A stretch of 62,121 bases of DNA, the filler included, from Gemmatimonadota bacterium (GTDB taxonomy: Bacteria; 4572-55; J002), in NCBI GenBank assembly GCA_003697105.1. It is 5 parts of 5 records of this genome, joined end to end, with 100 filler letters (N's around TTAATTAATTAA, not from the genome) between each part and the next. Parts side by side here need not be neighbours in the genome. Positions count along the whole stretch, not along the records: positions 1 to 29,242 come from RFFQ01000148.1; 4 more parts are not named here. One strand, written 5' to 3'. Made by a program: the position numbers and the translations under genes. Positions 1-10,740 of the stretch are shown here, piece by piece; positions within the stretch are counted from its first letter, which is position 1; each line of letters opens with the position of its first letter. The notes under the pieces were generated by a model. That model was not told the DNA's origin, searched no databases, and worked only from the letters and a program-made list of their open reading frames with translations.

Positions 1-7
1 ATAGCGT

Positions 8-1681
8 TTAATTTCCTGCCCATTCTAATTCGTCTTTTGTCACCTTTAATTTTTCAATGGGGCCTTTCAGGTTTTCAATACTGGATTTCAATGTATTATA
101 CAACCAATGGTCTGGAGTCACTTTACTTAACCCTTTCTGGTATTCCTCAATTGCTCGTTCATAATATCCAATTTGAATTTCGCAATCCTTAGAGGTTTTA
201 ATTTCTGGGACTCGCATCCGTTGGTAATGTTGCCCGATAATAAAATAGGGACACGCTTCATCGGGATACTCTGCGGCCATCTTCCGGGCTTCGGCAAGTG
301 CTTGGTCCCGGAGAGCCGGGCTATCATCCATCGCAAAAATAATTTGGCAATAGAGATTGGTTTGATCCGGATTATTTTTTAGGAAGGTTCGGTACGCCAC
401 TAACGCTTCATCCATACGACCCATTCTGCGGTAAATATCGCCAATGACTTTGTAGTAATGGTCGCTTTGCGTAATATCGATCAACTTTTGGTAATAACTA
501 ATGGCTTTTTCATAGTAGGCGGTTGCGTCCTGCCGCTGTTGGGGGGTTACATTTGCGGCATTGTAACAGTCTCCTTCACCTTCAAAGGCACAGTAACTTT
601 TTGCCATTTCTTCATATTCCGCCGCAAACTTTGGATACCACGTCCCCGCTTTCATCGGGTCTGCTTTCAATGCTTTATTCATCTTGGCTTCCGCTTGCGC
701 ATATTGACCGTTCTCAAAATAAAGCCGGATCAGCCGATCAATCGCATAATCATACTCAGAATCGTGATCCAAAGCGGTTTCATACCAGATAATCGCATGC
801 TGAGCATCCTTCAACCGTTCTTGATACACCATCCCGATACGTGCCGATAAATCCGCATGTGATTTTATATCATCCGCCGGAATCATCTTCAGAACATCTT
901 CGTATGTTTGAATCGCCAACTGGGGTTGATTTTCATTTTCATAGATCACCGCCAGTTGCGCCAACGTTCGCCAATCTTTTGTAATTTCATAAGCCTTTTG
1001 ATAGTTTTCTTTCGCACATTGAACATCATGCCGTTGTTGGGCACAAATATTACCCATTTGGGTATAGGCATAGGCTTTTTGAGTGTCGGAATCACAAAAG
1101 GCAAACATTTTTTCGTAGTTGGCAAAGGCATCTTCCCATTGACCTGCTTGCTCATAATCCACCGCATATTTCAAGTATTTGTTGCACGCATCCCCCTGCA
1201 AAGACCCTATTTCCGCTAATAATTTTGAAGCGGCAGCTTTAATCGAATCATCTTTTTTGGTCACCTCCGTTAGGGTCGAGGTACGTTCTTCACCGGTATT
1301 CGCATCGATAATCCGCACGTCGATCTTAAATTGTTTTCCGTCGGGCACGACCTTTCCCATCACAAACAAATCCGCACCAACAATGGGACCCATCTGCTTT
1401 GCTTCAACCGCTAAAATGGTATGGCCTTCTAATGGTTCAATACCCCGGTCTTTCAATTCTTTTTTTAATTGTTTCTGATCGGCTAAAGCGTAACCGTCTG
1501 TCTTTTCAATCGTTTCCAGTATAATTTTGTTCCATTTTTTCGCCACATACTCGATCTCTCGGTCTTTACGCGGAAATTCCAGCACCGCAATACGCAAATC
1601 TTCGGCGGACCCAACCGGAGCAAAAATGGATAACATGAACAGTGATAGCATCAATTTTGACAACAGTCGAACAGACGTCAT
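8..1681 (-). CDS. Secreted TPR-repeat protein with N-terminal CsgG/FlgO-like domain
   Basis: Signal peptide after MTSVRLL (start moved from 1735). RIAVLEF...GADLFVMGKV...IDVRIIDANTGE is typical of the CsgG/TolB-N-like fold. Many TPR helices follow. Confidence 0.7.
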   Translation of the reverse strand: MTSVRLLSKLMLSLFMLSIFAPVGSAEDLRIAVLEFPRKDREIEYVAKKWNKIILETIEKTDGYALADQKQLKKELKDRGIEPLEGHTILAVEAKQMGPIVGADLFVMGKVVPDGKQFKIDVRIIDANTGEERTSTLTEVTKKDDSIKAAASKLLAEIGSLQGDACNKYLKYAVDYEQAGQWEDAFANYEKMFAFCDSDTQKAYAYTQMGNICAQQRHDVQCAKENYQKAYEITKDWRTLAQLAVIYENENQPQLAIQTYEDVLKMIPADDIKSHADLSARIGMVYQERLKDAQHAIIWYETALDHDSEYDYAIDRLIRLYFENGQYAQAEAKMNKALKADPMKAGTWYPKFAAEYEEMAKSYCAFEGEGDCYNAANVTPQQRQDATAYYEKAISYYQKLIDITQSDHYYKVIGDIYRRMGRMDEALVAYRTFLKNNPDQTNLYCQIIFAMDDSPALRDQALAEARKMAAEYPDEACPYFIIGQHYQRMRVPEIKTSKDCEIQIGYYERAIEEYQKGLSKVTPDHWLYNTLKSSIENLKGPIEKLKVTKDELEWAGN

Positions 1682-1763
1682 GACAAAACTCCCTGAATGA
1701 GGTGAATGAGATAACATTGGAATTGTTGACTCCAAACCATACGGTAATTTAGGTTTCAGAATG

Positions 1764-1803
1764 TTTCGACTTCGCTCAGAAGATGTCCCAAGCGAAGTCG
1801 AAA
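1764..1803. repeat. 13-bp inverted repeat hairpin downstream of glyA (terminator or REP-like)
   Basis: TTTCGACTTCGCT (1764-1776) / AGCGAAGTCGAAA (1791-1803). Confidence 0.55.
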
Positions 1804-1845
1804 AAAGTAGCGGTGAAATAGCGCAACCGGAATCAAACCGGCACC

Positions 1846-3117
1846 TTAGTTCAATCCCGGATAAAGCGGATATTTTTCACACAGTTGAATAACATCTTTA
1901 CGGATAGCCTCAGCCGTACGTTGGTGCAGATCATCATCTTTGGAACGCGCGACCGAAAGCATCCGGTCAATGAATTCCACCACTTGCCGGATATCATCTT
2001 CTTTCATACCCCGTGTCGTAATTGCCGGCGTACCAAGACGAATTCCACTGGTGACAAACGGGCTTTTGGTATCAAACGGCACGGTATTTTTATTAACCGT
2101 AATACCGGCTAATCCCAGCAACCGTTCACACTTTTTGCCACTGGCTTTCACATGCGGTGTTTTTAAGACATTCAACAACATCAGATGGGTATCTGTCCCA
2201 CCGGAAACCACATGATACCCTTTTTCAGCAAAGCTTTCCGCCATGAGCTTCGCATTTGCCACCACCTGTTGTTGGTAGGTCTTGAATTCCGGTTGAAGCG
2301 CTTCACCAAACGCCACGGCTTTTGCCGCAATAATATGCATCAAGGGACCGCCTTGTACCCCCGGAAAGACGCTTTTATCAATATCACTTGCATATTCTTC
2401 TTTGCAAAGGACTAACCCCCCGCGGGGACCCCGCAACGTTTTGTGCGTCGTAGTTGTCACAAAATCCGCATGGGGTACCGGACTGGGATGAACTCCTGCC
2501 GCCACTAATCCGGCGATATGCGCCATATCCACCAGCAATTTCGCCCCGACGCTATCGGCAATCTCCCGAAATTTAGCAAAATCGAGTGTGCGCGGATACG
2601 CACTTGCCCCGGCAATCAGGAGTTTGGGTTTGTGCTGTTGAACCTGATCGGCGAGCGTATCATAATTGAGTTGTTCGGTTTCGGGATCGACCTCATACTG
2701 CACCACATTAAAATACATCCCACTGAAATTGATGGGATGTCCATGCGTTAAATGCCCCCCATGTGATAAATTCAACCCCATAATGGTATCCCCCGGTTGC
2801 AAACATGCCAAATAAATCGCGGTGTTCGCCTGTGCCCCCGAGTGCGGCTGCACATTGGCATGATCTGCCCCAAATAAGGCTTTTGCCCGGTCAATCGCCA
2901 GTTGTTCTGCCACATCAACAAACTCACAGCCACCGTAATAACGCTTACCGGGATACCCTTCAGCGTATTTATTGGTCATCACGCTACTCATAGCTTCCAT
3001 GACCGCGCGGCTGGTAAAATTCTCGGATGCAATAAGTTCCAGACCCTCCTGTTGACGCTTGAGTTCGGCTTGAATCGCATCATAAATTTCCGGGTCAGTT
3101 GTTTTTAAGTATTCCAT
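1846..3117 (-). CDS. glyA: Serine hydroxymethyltransferase
   Basis: [22 protein letters not shown] and the PLP-lysine motif [14 protein letters not shown]. Start placed at MEYLKT. Confidence 0.98.
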   Translation of the reverse strand: MEYLKTTDPEIYDAIQAELKRQQEGLELIASENFTSRAVMEAMSSVMTNKYAEGYPGKRYYGGCEFVDVAEQLAIDRAKALFGADHANVQPHSGAQANTAIYLACLQPGDTIMGLNLSHGGHLTHGHPINFSGMYFNVVQYEVDPETEQLNYDTLADQVQQHKPKLLIAGASAYPRTLDFAKFREIADSVGAKLLVDMAHIAGLVAAGVHPSPVPHADFVTTTTHKTLRGPRGGLVLCKEEYASDIDKSVFPGVQGGPLMHIIAAKAVAFGEALQPEFKTYQQQVVANAKLMAESFAEKGYHVVSGGTDTHLMLLNVLKTPHVKASGKKCERLLGLAGITVNKNTVPFDTKSPFVTSGIRLGTPAITTRGMKEDDIRQVVEFIDRMLSVARSKDDDLHQRTAEAIRKDVIQLCEKYPLYPGLN

Positions 3118-3179
3118 CGTAAACCCCTGATAAAAGAAGATGGTTAAGAAAATATGAAGGACGGGATCGGATTCGGGAA

Positions 3180-3208
3180 AGTGTAACACAATGCCAAAAC
3201 ACTGTCAA
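3180..3208 (-). promoter_or_regulatory. Sigma-70-type promoter of glyA
   Basis: Minus strand TTGACA-N17-TACACT with extended -10 TG. Confidence 0.6.
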
Positions 3209-3440
3209 GCTTAAAAAGCGGATGTAAAGCCAGTTCTCAAGCGGGTAAAAAGGTATAAAAAACCGGAAAAACCTTTCTCTTTCAGTGGTTCGCGCGGCGG
3301 GAGTCATCAGATTTTCTATTGACAAAACAATACCCAGCCATCTACTATTAACCGGCAGATGGTTTTTGGTTTTCAACATAAATTCGGATAGTGTTTGCCA
3401 ACACGAGTAACCTTTAATCTACATCAAGGACAATGATTTT

Positions 3441-4226
3441 ATGGGAATGTTGTCAGGGAAGAAAATCGTAATCGCTGGAATTGCCAGTGAGCGGTCTATT
3501 GCCACTGGAATCGCGGATGCTATGTTTCGGGAAGGCGCAGAGTTAGCCTTCACCTATCTAAATGATCGCTTAAAAGATCGGGTCGCAACCGTTGCCAAGC
3601 GGTGTCATTCAGAACTTTTATTCCCTTGTGATGTCACGGATGATGCGCAAATCAAAGCCGCATTTGAAGCGTTAACTTCCACGTGGGAAACCTTCGATGG
3701 TATTGTTCACGCCATCGCGTTTGCCCCGAAAACGGCATTAAATGGTGACTTTTTGGAGTCGGTGGATCGGGAGGCATTCCGAATTTCGCATGAAGTCAGT
3801 TCGTATAGCTTTGCAGCGATGGCGAAAGAAGCCCGACCGTACTTGAATCCGGGAGCATCGCTGATTACGTTGAGCTATTTAGGTGCGGAACGCTATATCC
3901 CCAATTATAATGTCATGGGTTTGGCGAAAGCCTCTTTAGAGGCAAACGTCCGTTTTATGGCGGCGAGTTTGGGCAAACAGGGCGTCCGGGTAAATGCCAT
4001 TTCTGCCGGACCGGTTCGCACACTTTCTGCCGCCGGTATTACCAACTTTAAAAAAATGTTGTCCCAATTCGAAACATCTGCCCTCCTGAAACGGTTGGTC
4101 ACTATTGAAGAAATCGGCAACAGCGCCGCCTTTTTAGCCAGCGATCTGGCGTCTGCCATTACCGGGCAAATTATCCATGTGGATAACGGATTTAACGTGG
4201 TCGCCGCTACCAATATTCCAGACTAA
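3441..4226 (+). CDS. fabI: Enoyl-ACP reductase (NADH)
   Basis: GIASERSIA, catalytic YNVMGLAKASLE, VNAISAGPVRTL. Confidence 0.96.
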   Translation: MGMLSGKKIVIAGIASERSIATGIADAMFREGAELAFTYLNDRLKDRVATVAKRCHSELLFPCDVTDDAQIKAAFEALTSTWETFDGIVHAIAFAPKTALNGDFLESVDREAFRISHEVSSYSFAAMAKEARPYLNPGASLITLSYLGAERYIPNYNVMGLAKASLEANVRFMAASLGKQGVRVNAISAGPVRTLSAAGITNFKKMLSQFETSALLKRLVTIEEIGNSAAFLASDLASAITGQIIHVDNGFNVVAATNIPD

Positions 4227-4268
4227 ATGGCATCCGGTGTAGCGGTTTACGTCACCGGCGTTGATAAT

Positions 4269-4306
4269 AAAACCCTTCGGATATTGGAACATCCGAAGGG
4301 TTTTTT
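4269..4306. terminator. Bidirectional intrinsic terminator between convergent genes
   Basis: AAAACCCTTCGGAT-N8-ATCCGAAGGGTTTTTT. Confidence 0.75.
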
Positions 4307-4405
4307 CCGTTCTCGCCCCAACCACTCGCGAAATTCTGGCACCGTATGACTCACCGCCGTCAAATTCAAGCCAGCGTTTCAGATGCGACCAATCGCCACA
4401 GAATA

Positions 4406-6595
4406 TCATTTTGAGGTCAGCGTCACCGAACCGTCCCAATCTGCCGGTAGTTGCGCCGGGTCGAGGGTGTTGATTCGCTGAATCATCAGGGTTGCTGCCA
4501 CATCCTGCGGGCGGTGGTCTAGCGCACTCTGGAAATGGAGAAGCGCACTCGCAAAATCCCGCCGCAAATACGCCTCCAAGCCCTGCTGGTAGGCATGGTA
4601 GTATTGCCGGTCTGCTTCCGGGATGGGATCCGAGCGTTCACCGTACACCTCGTACACGCGTACCGCTTCAGACTTCCCTTTCACTTTGATGACGTCCAAT
4701 TGACGGATTAAAAATTGATTCGTTGTCAGCGCGGCGCGGGTAAATTCCGAGATCAAAATCAAGGAGCCATACTGTTTATTTGCCCCTTCTAAGCGCGATC
4801 CCAGATTAACCGCATCACCAATAACGGTATAGTCAAAGACTCGCTCCGAACCCATATTGCCGATCACCATTCGGCCAGTATTAATCCCAATGCGGCAGCG
4901 GATGGCGGGCAACCCCTGTGCTTCCCACACGGTGCGCAATTCGGCTAAACGTTGTTGCATCCGTAGTGCCGCCCGGAGGGCACGGTCCGCATGGTCTGGC
5001 ACAAATAACGGTGCTCCAAACTCTGCCATAATCGCATCCCCTTGATATTTATCGATAATGCCACCTTCATCCAGCACGATCTGGGTCATTTCCGTTAGAT
5101 AGGCATTGAGTAGCCGGACAAGTTCGGTCGGGGTCATTTGTTCGGAAAAAGAGGTAAAACCGGCCAGATCACTAAACAGAACGGTGAGTTCACGCTCTTC
5201 ACCCCCCAATTGCAACCTATCGGGTTGCTCGATAATCTGTTTGACCACGTTCTCCGGCACATAGTGGGCGAATGCCCCCCGAATAAATGCTTGTTCCCGG
5301 TACATCATAAATTTGATCGCCGTACTGATTCCGAAAAAGAGAATCGCAGTACTCGTCAATACACTCACCACCGGAAACAGCGCAAAATGAATCAGTTGGT
5401 GTACCGTCAAGCCAACAATACTCAAAACGATTGTCCCTCCCATCACATAGAGTATCCCGGCCGGTTTGGGCAGGGCAGAAAGGAGAAGTAACACCGCCAA
5501 CAGTACGATCACCCCCAACGTCGGCATGACACCCCACCGGTGATAAAATTGATTTTGAAGCAGACCATTCATCACGGCGGCATGTACCGCAATCAAGGGT
5601 ACATTTTGTTCTAAAGCGGTCTGTCCAAAATCAGAACCCGCTTGAGACGCATCCCCAATAAAAACAAATTTGCCACTGAAAAACGAGCGCAACCCCCCGC
5701 GCCATACCGGATCATTGTACGTTTTAAGCAGTCCATTGACCGTCATGTGGGGAAAATCCGCACCCCACACATTCGGGAAAGGAATATAGGTCCGACCCTG
5801 CTCATCAATGGGGATGATCACATCCTGCTCCAAATAACTTCCCGCCGCCGGAATCCGAATATATTTCCCCCACTCGATCTCCAATTGGTTGAACGCGATC
5901 CCTTCCGCATCCAAAAACATGGCTAAAGCGAGCGAAGGGAAAATGCAATCATCAATTTTGATCAGTAAGAGATAGTGCCGGAAGACACCATCCGCATCCG
6001 GCGGTAAATTGATGTGCCCGGAACCATACGCGGCAGTGGCAAAGGGAGTATATTGTAAGATCGCCCGGCGTGCCCAATAAGGTTGACCGGCATTTTTCTC
6101 GGTTAGACGGTGGCAATAGTCATCTTTCAAACGGCGATAAGCCGGACGGGGTTCCCACAAAAAGGATTGCGGGTGGGTGGAAAGATCAAAAGCGGCAGGT
6201 AAAAACAGAGACCCCAATTCCGTAATGGAAGCGGCAAACATCGAATCCGCCACCGGCTCGCTGGGGTGTGCAAAAATAATATCATAGGCAACAGATTCCG
6301 GTCCCAACGCGGCTAAAATGGAATTGACCCGGGCTAAATCTCGCCGGTCTAACACATTATGGTGATAGGTCTCATTGACAATATCCAGATAAACCACCCG
6401 TTCGGACGCCGGAACCCCATACCCGCGCGCCACCACCCAGCGGTAAAGCCGGTCTAAAGCGCGCATATCCAATGTCGTCCAGACCGAACCGTGCCAAACC
6501 CAGAAAAGCAACACCGGCAGAAGCAGCAGAATAAAAATAAGCGGTAACCGGCGCCGGATAAGCGGGCTATTGAACGCGAAATTCATAACCAACAA
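4406..6595 (-). CDS. CHASE2-domain membrane adenylate/guanylate cyclase (class III)
   Basis: CHASE2 motifs (YDIIF, DADGVFR), three TM helices, then VLFSDLAGFT, DKYQGDAIMA, DYTVIGDAVNLGSRLEG. Confidence 0.92.
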   Translation of the reverse strand: MLVMNFAFNSPLIRRRLPLIFILLLLPVLLFWVWHGSVWTTLDMRALDRLYRWVVARGYGVPASERVVYLDIVNETYHHNVLDRRDLARVNSILAALGPESVAYDIIFAHPSEPVADSMFAASITELGSLFLPAAFDLSTHPQSFLWEPRPAYRRLKDDYCHRLTEKNAGQPYWARRAILQYTPFATAAYGSGHINLPPDADGVFRHYLLLIKIDDCIFPSLALAMFLDAEGIAFNQLEIEWGKYIRIPAAGSYLEQDVIIPIDEQGRTYIPFPNVWGADFPHMTVNGLLKTYNDPVWRGGLRSFFSGKFVFIGDASQAGSDFGQTALEQNVPLIAVHAAVMNGLLQNQFYHRWGVMPTLGVIVLLAVLLLLSALPKPAGILYVMGGTIVLSIVGLTVHQLIHFALFPVVSVLTSTAILFFGISTAIKFMMYREQAFIRGAFAHYVPENVVKQIIEQPDRLQLGGEERELTVLFSDLAGFTSFSEQMTPTELVRLLNAYLTEMTQIVLDEGGIIDKYQGDAIMAEFGAPLFVPDHADRALRAALRMQQRLAELRTVWEAQGLPAIRCRIGINTGRMVIGNMGSERVFDYTVIGDAVNLGSRLEGANKQYGSLILISEFTRAALTTNQFLIRQLDVIKVKGKSEAVRVYEVYGERSDPIPEADRQYYHAYQQGLEAYLRRDFASALLHFQSALDHRPQDVAATLMIQRINTLDPAQLPADWDGSVTLTSK

Positions 6596-7163
6596 TCACC
6601 ATCGATTGACCCGTATAGACATCGAGTTCTTCCAAAAAGGTATCTTGGGGGTCTCGAATCACACCCCCAATAGACCACGGCTTTACGGCAGTTTCCGCCA
6701 AATTCAGCGAATTTTCTGCTTGAAGTTGGTGTTTTAAGGTTTGCCATTCTGCAGACGTACCATCAAGGGTCTCAATTTCGGGGAGAGAATCCGGACTGCA
6801 AATAACGGTTAGCCATTCGCGCTTATTTTTACCGTCAAAGGTCATATATTCAAAGCGATTCGGTAGGATTTTAAGCGGCGTTTTACAGCGGTTTAACCGG
6901 GGTTGGGGATTGACCTGCTGGGCACGTTGCGGGTCAGAATAAATCAAATAAATAAAAGCGATGTCCGCGCTCGAATCCGGTACAACATACACCTGCAAAC
7001 TATCCTGTGGGGTTAATCGATCAAATAATTTCGCTTTACGGGGGCTTTCCGGTTGGGTCGCATTTTGGATTTTAATCCCAATTTGTGCCTGATAGAAATT
7101 TTCAGCGTGAGAGAGACCGGCGAGGCTGAACACGAACACGACAACGAGTAAAAAAGGGTTCAT
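6567..7163 (-). CDS. Secreted hypothetical protein (DUF4384-like)
   Basis: Signal peptide, AGGAGG RBS, overlaps the cyclase start. Family assignment is tentative. Confidence 0.55.
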   Translation of the reverse strand: MNPFLLVVVFVFSLAGLSHAENFYQAQIGIKIQNATQPESPRKAKLFDRLTPQDSLQVYVVPDSSADIAFIYLIYSDPQRAQQVNPQPRLNRCKTPLKILPNRFEYMTFDGKNKREWLTVICSPDSLPEIETLDGTSAEWQTLKHQLQAENSLNLAETAVKPWSIGGVIRDPQDTFLEELDVYTGQSMVIVGYEFRVQ

Positions 7164-7433
7164 GGCGGATAATCCTCCTGCCTAGCATTAAAGTAATGGG
7201 ACGGCGAATGAATCGATTCCGGCTACGTTGCGGGAGATGCCAACCGTTGACTTAACCAATGACAAACCCGGCATCCGGTATTATTTTACACATACGCAAA
7301 AATCGATCACATTTGTAAAGAGTGCACCGCACGAGTGACCTCCTCGTGGGTCAAGTCATTAAATCCCGAGGACATAACATCTGGCGGAGCCAGAAATCGG
7401 TTCATCCCCAAAGGTTATCTGGAAGGAGGCACA

Positions 7434-7859
7434 ATGCAGGTCAAACGTATCTTGGAAACGTCGCTTTATGTAGATGATCTTACCGCGGCAGAGTCATTTT
7501 ACCGGCAGGTGTTAGGTTTACAGCCCTTTACCAAACAGGATGGGCGGCATCTCTTTTTCCGGTGTGGGGATGCCGTATTTCTGCTGTTCAACGCTCAAGA
7601 AGCCCGGCAATCCGAGCACGTACCCGCCCACGGCGCCAGCGGTGCCGGGCATGTGGCATTTCGGATGGATGGGGATGAAATCGACCGGTGGCGAGACCAC
7701 CTGCGCCGGCACAACGTGAAAATTGAGCAGGAAATTGATTGGGGAAACGGCGGGTATTCCCTCTACTTCCGCGATCCAGCGGGCAATAGCTTGGAACTTG
7801 CCACACCTCAAACCTGGGGCATCCCGGCAGATGAAACAGGGAATTATTCCGAAGGCTGA
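7434..7859 (+). CDS. VOC/glyoxalase family protein
   Basis: ETSLYVDDL..AESFY, GHVAF, SLYFRDPAGNSLELA. AGGAGG RBS before ATG 7434. Confidence 0.9.
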   Translation: MQVKRILETSLYVDDLTAAESFYRQVLGLQPFTKQDGRHLFFRCGDAVFLLFNAQEARQSEHVPAHGASGAGHVAFRMDGDEIDRWRDHLRRHNVKIEQEIDWGNGGYSLYFRDPAGNSLELATPQTWGIPADETGNYSEG

Positions 7860-8110
7860 GTCCCATCCGGAGCCTCTAGCAGGCGTTCTAAAAAGTCGTA
7901 TTTGCTGAGGAGTCGCTGGTTTTCTGTTTCCAGTTCCAGAACACGTTGGGAAAGCTCACTCACATGCGCCTCTAATTGGGCAACCCGCGCCACATCCATC
8001 TCACCGCGTTCTGCCCGCAACGTGATTGCCTTTGCAATCGCTCTTGCCGGGGGAGAGTTCAAAATAATTGCCACAATGGGAATTGCCAAAAATAGCGCCA
8101 TTATATCCAT
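7844..8110 (-). CDS. Small membrane-anchored coiled-coil protein
   Basis: AGGAG RBS, N-terminal TM helix, coiled-coil tail. Last gene of the antiporter operon. Confidence 0.65.
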   Translation of the reverse strand: MDIMALFLAIPIVAIILNSPPARAIAKAITLRAERGEMDVARVAQLEAHVSELSQRVLELETENQRLLSKYDFLERLLEAPDGTQPSE

Positions 8111-8137
8111 ATCTGTATCTCCTGTAATAGTAAACAC

Positions 8138-9430
8138 CTAACTTGAGCGGATTTCACCCGCTTTCCAGAGGGTCAGTTTCAGTAAAGCGGGACCATAAAA
8201 GTCTGTAAATGCCACCATCCCGAGGGCAACGGCTTTCACATGGCTGCCAAATTCAGGAAACGTCTTTCCGATGATCACGGCTAACGCGAGGGTCACCCCG
8301 GATTGGTTGAAAAACGCCATCCAGCCCCAATGGCGCAACGTTGAGTTGTCCTCTTTTGCCAATTGGGTACCGCTATAAACGGCGGCAAACAAGGATATCT
8401 TCCGGACAATCAACAACAACAAAATGATGTACCAACTGGTGCGAATGGCGTTCAAATCCAAAGATGCCGCCGTGATGGAAAAAAAGATAACATAAATCGG
8501 AATCGCGCTTTTGCTAATCGCCTCTAAGAATGCGTCACCTTGTTTGAACAGATTTTCAATCACAAAACCTGCCGAGAGACACAGCAGTAGGGCATCTAAG
8601 CCGAGTACATTGGCAATTTGGGTGCAAATAAACGCGGCGGCTAACACAAAAAAGACCGATTCCTCCCGCACATAATGCAAGTAAAATGAGATAATTGCCC
8701 CACACACAATCCCGATGCCAAAAGAACCGGCAAGTTTAATCACCAGTTGCCGAAAAACCACCACATCAATACCCACATCGCTCAAAATCGCCTGAGAGAG
8801 CGAGACGGAAATAGCGGCAAGCACGATGATCACCAGATCACCCAAAATCACCGACCCTAAAATGGTATCTGTCGTCCGTCCTTCGGCGTGTGTTTCCTCG
8901 ATAATAGCGATGGTCTGTACCGGAGAGGTTGCCAGCGCAAAAATCCCGAACAGGATGCCCACGACAATAATCACTAATTGAGATTGTCCCTGCAAAAATC
9001 CAAACAGAAACGGACCCGCCAGCACGGTGAATAAAAAAACGGCAAGAAAACAGATCACCGTCCGGGTTAAGGTGATCATCAGGATCGGTTTCAGACGCTT
9101 TTTCAGCATCTTGATTTTGAGCTTACGTCCCGCGGAAAAGGCAATTAAACTCAGGGCAATCTGGTCGATCAATCCTAAATTCCGCACTACCTCAACAGTC
9201 AAAAAATCAAGAACAAAGGGACCCGCCAGAACGCCCACCACCATGTATCCGGTGATTTTGGGCAGTTTGATGCGGTGCAAGATCATCCCAAAAATGTACG
9301 CCGCCAAAATAATAAACCCTAAGCCGAGGGTGGCTTGAATGGGTCCGCCCATCAGCGTACCGATCGGCAAAATCCCCAAGATAGACATCAGAATCAGGAC
9401 GATAATCAACGCCAAAATTTGGTAGGTCAT
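8138..9430 (-). CDS. Cation:proton antiporter family (CPA2-like) protein
   Basis: About 13 TM helices, KLPKITGYMVVGVLAGP, QSGVTLALA. Confidence 0.85.
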   Translation of the reverse strand: MTYQILALIIVLILMSILGILPIGTLMGGPIQATLGLGFIILAAYIFGMILHRIKLPKITGYMVVGVLAGPFVLDFLTVEVVRNLGLIDQIALSLIAFSAGRKLKIKMLKKRLKPILMITLTRTVICFLAVFLFTVLAGPFLFGFLQGQSQLVIIVVGILFGIFALATSPVQTIAIIEETHAEGRTTDTILGSVILGDLVIIVLAAISVSLSQAILSDVGIDVVVFRQLVIKLAGSFGIGIVCGAIISFYLHYVREESVFFVLAAAFICTQIANVLGLDALLLCLSAGFVIENLFKQGDAFLEAISKSAIPIYVIFFSITAASLDLNAIRTSWYIILLLLIVRKISLFAAVYSGTQLAKEDNSTLRHWGWMAFFNQSGVTLALAVIIGKTFPEFGSHVKAVALGMVAFTDFYGPALLKLTLWKAGEIRSS

Positions 9431-9474
9431 GGGTAGGTTATTTCCACTTCGGGGTGAACATCGAGGTCAAGGGA

Positions 9475-10740
9475 TTATCGTGCATCGCCGGCTTTGCGCA
9501 ACTCCGACCAAAGGAGCCAGGGACTGGTCAACTGAAACACAATCACCGCCAGCAAAACGGTTGGCAAAACCACGGCAGTGACATTATTCTCATACACCAT
9601 CGCATAACTAACCGCCATCGCAATCGATAAACCCCCTTGGGTCAGCAACCCTAATCCGGCAGTCGGGCGTAACACCTTCAGATTCAAGGCGTGGCGGGCA
9701 AGCGCAAATCCCCAAAACTTTCCGATAATGCGGGTCAGAACAAACATAGCGGTTAATGCGCCAATCCAAAAACCAAAATGGAATTGACACATCGCCCCGG
9801 CAACAATCAATAAGATCACATAGAGTACCTTTTCCGCATTCAAAAACATATCAAACAGGATTTTTCGGGTAGGCAAGCGGCGATTGGTTAAAATGATCCC
9901 CGAAACAAAGTTGATGACTAACGGAGACAGGTGTAAAAATGCCGCCAGACCCGAAGAAAAGATGATAAAACCGAGTAATAACACCACCATATCTTCCCGA
10001 TGCCGCGTTTTACGGATAAAAAGATACAACAAAAACCCCATGATTACCCCTAGCAGGATCGAGAGAAGCCCCCATTCCCACGGGTTCAAAATTTGGGATT
10101 CGCCACTGCCGTACACATGAAATGCGGCAAAAATAAACCCAAATGGGATAATTCCGAATAGACCATCTAAACTGGACATGCGCTGGTATAAGGATGTCGT
10201 GACACCTGTCCGCTTGATGCTCTTAAACCGGCTCAAAATCGCAAGACTAGAGGGTGAACTCACGACGGCTACCGACCCCAACATCAATGCCGCGGTTAAG
10301 TCCGCTTGGAATGTTTGCGGGAAAAGCCATTGCAAAAATAGGAACGTCCCCCCAGCAACGATACCAAACGTGACGACGGACACGATCAGCATCACCAGCA
10401 CGTGCCCTAACGGCGTTTTGGAGAGAATCTCCCGCTGGAATTGCAACCCGTAAATAATACCGATCCAGCCCAATTCCAGCACAATAATCGGTTGCAACGA
10501 ATTTAGAATAGTGGCACGGAGTAAATTGAACCCGATGGGTCCGATCAGCATTCCCAAAAAAATATATTCTACACCCGACAGGAAAAAAGGTACGCCGCCA
10601 ATAATGAGACGCGGCTTGAAGAGGGCAAAGCGGGAGACAACAAACCCGATTCCTAATAACCCGATAAATACGAGAATGGACTCCACCGGAACATCTGACG
10701 CAGCCGGGGCACCTGCGAGGAGTGCAAACTGTACCGTCAT
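9475..10740 (-). CDS. Second cation:proton antiporter-like membrane protein
   Basis: About 13 TM helices, YIFLGMLIGP, RIIGKFWG, GLGLLTQGGLSIAMA. Confidence 0.8.
   Translation of the reverse strand: MTVQFALLAGAPAASDVPVESILVFIGLLGIGFVVSRFALFKPRLIIGGVPFFLSGVEYIFLGMLIGPIGFNLLRATILNSLQPIIVLELGWIGIIYGLQFQREILSKTPLGHVLVMLIVSVVTFGIVAGGTFLFLQWLFPQTFQADLTAALMLGSVAVVSSPSSLAILSRFKSIKRTGVTTSLYQRMSSLDGLFGIIPFGFIFAAFHVYGSGESQILNPWEWGLLSILLGVIMGFLLYLFIRKTRHREDMVVLLLGFIIFSSGLAAFLHLSPLVINFVSGIILTNRRLPTRKILFDMFLNAEKVLYVILLIVAGAMCQFHFGFWIGALTAMFVLTRIIGKFWGFALARHALNLKVLRPTAGLGLLTQGGLSIAMAVSYAMVYENNVTAVVLPTVLLAVIVFQLTSPWLLWSELRKAGDAR

Noticed and set aside
3118-3440. ZTP or other riboswitch upstream of glyA
   Set aside because: No consensus elements found; the region is explained by divergent promoters
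7296-7314. CRP-like site (GATCACATTT) near the cyclase operon
   Set aside because: Only one half-site matches
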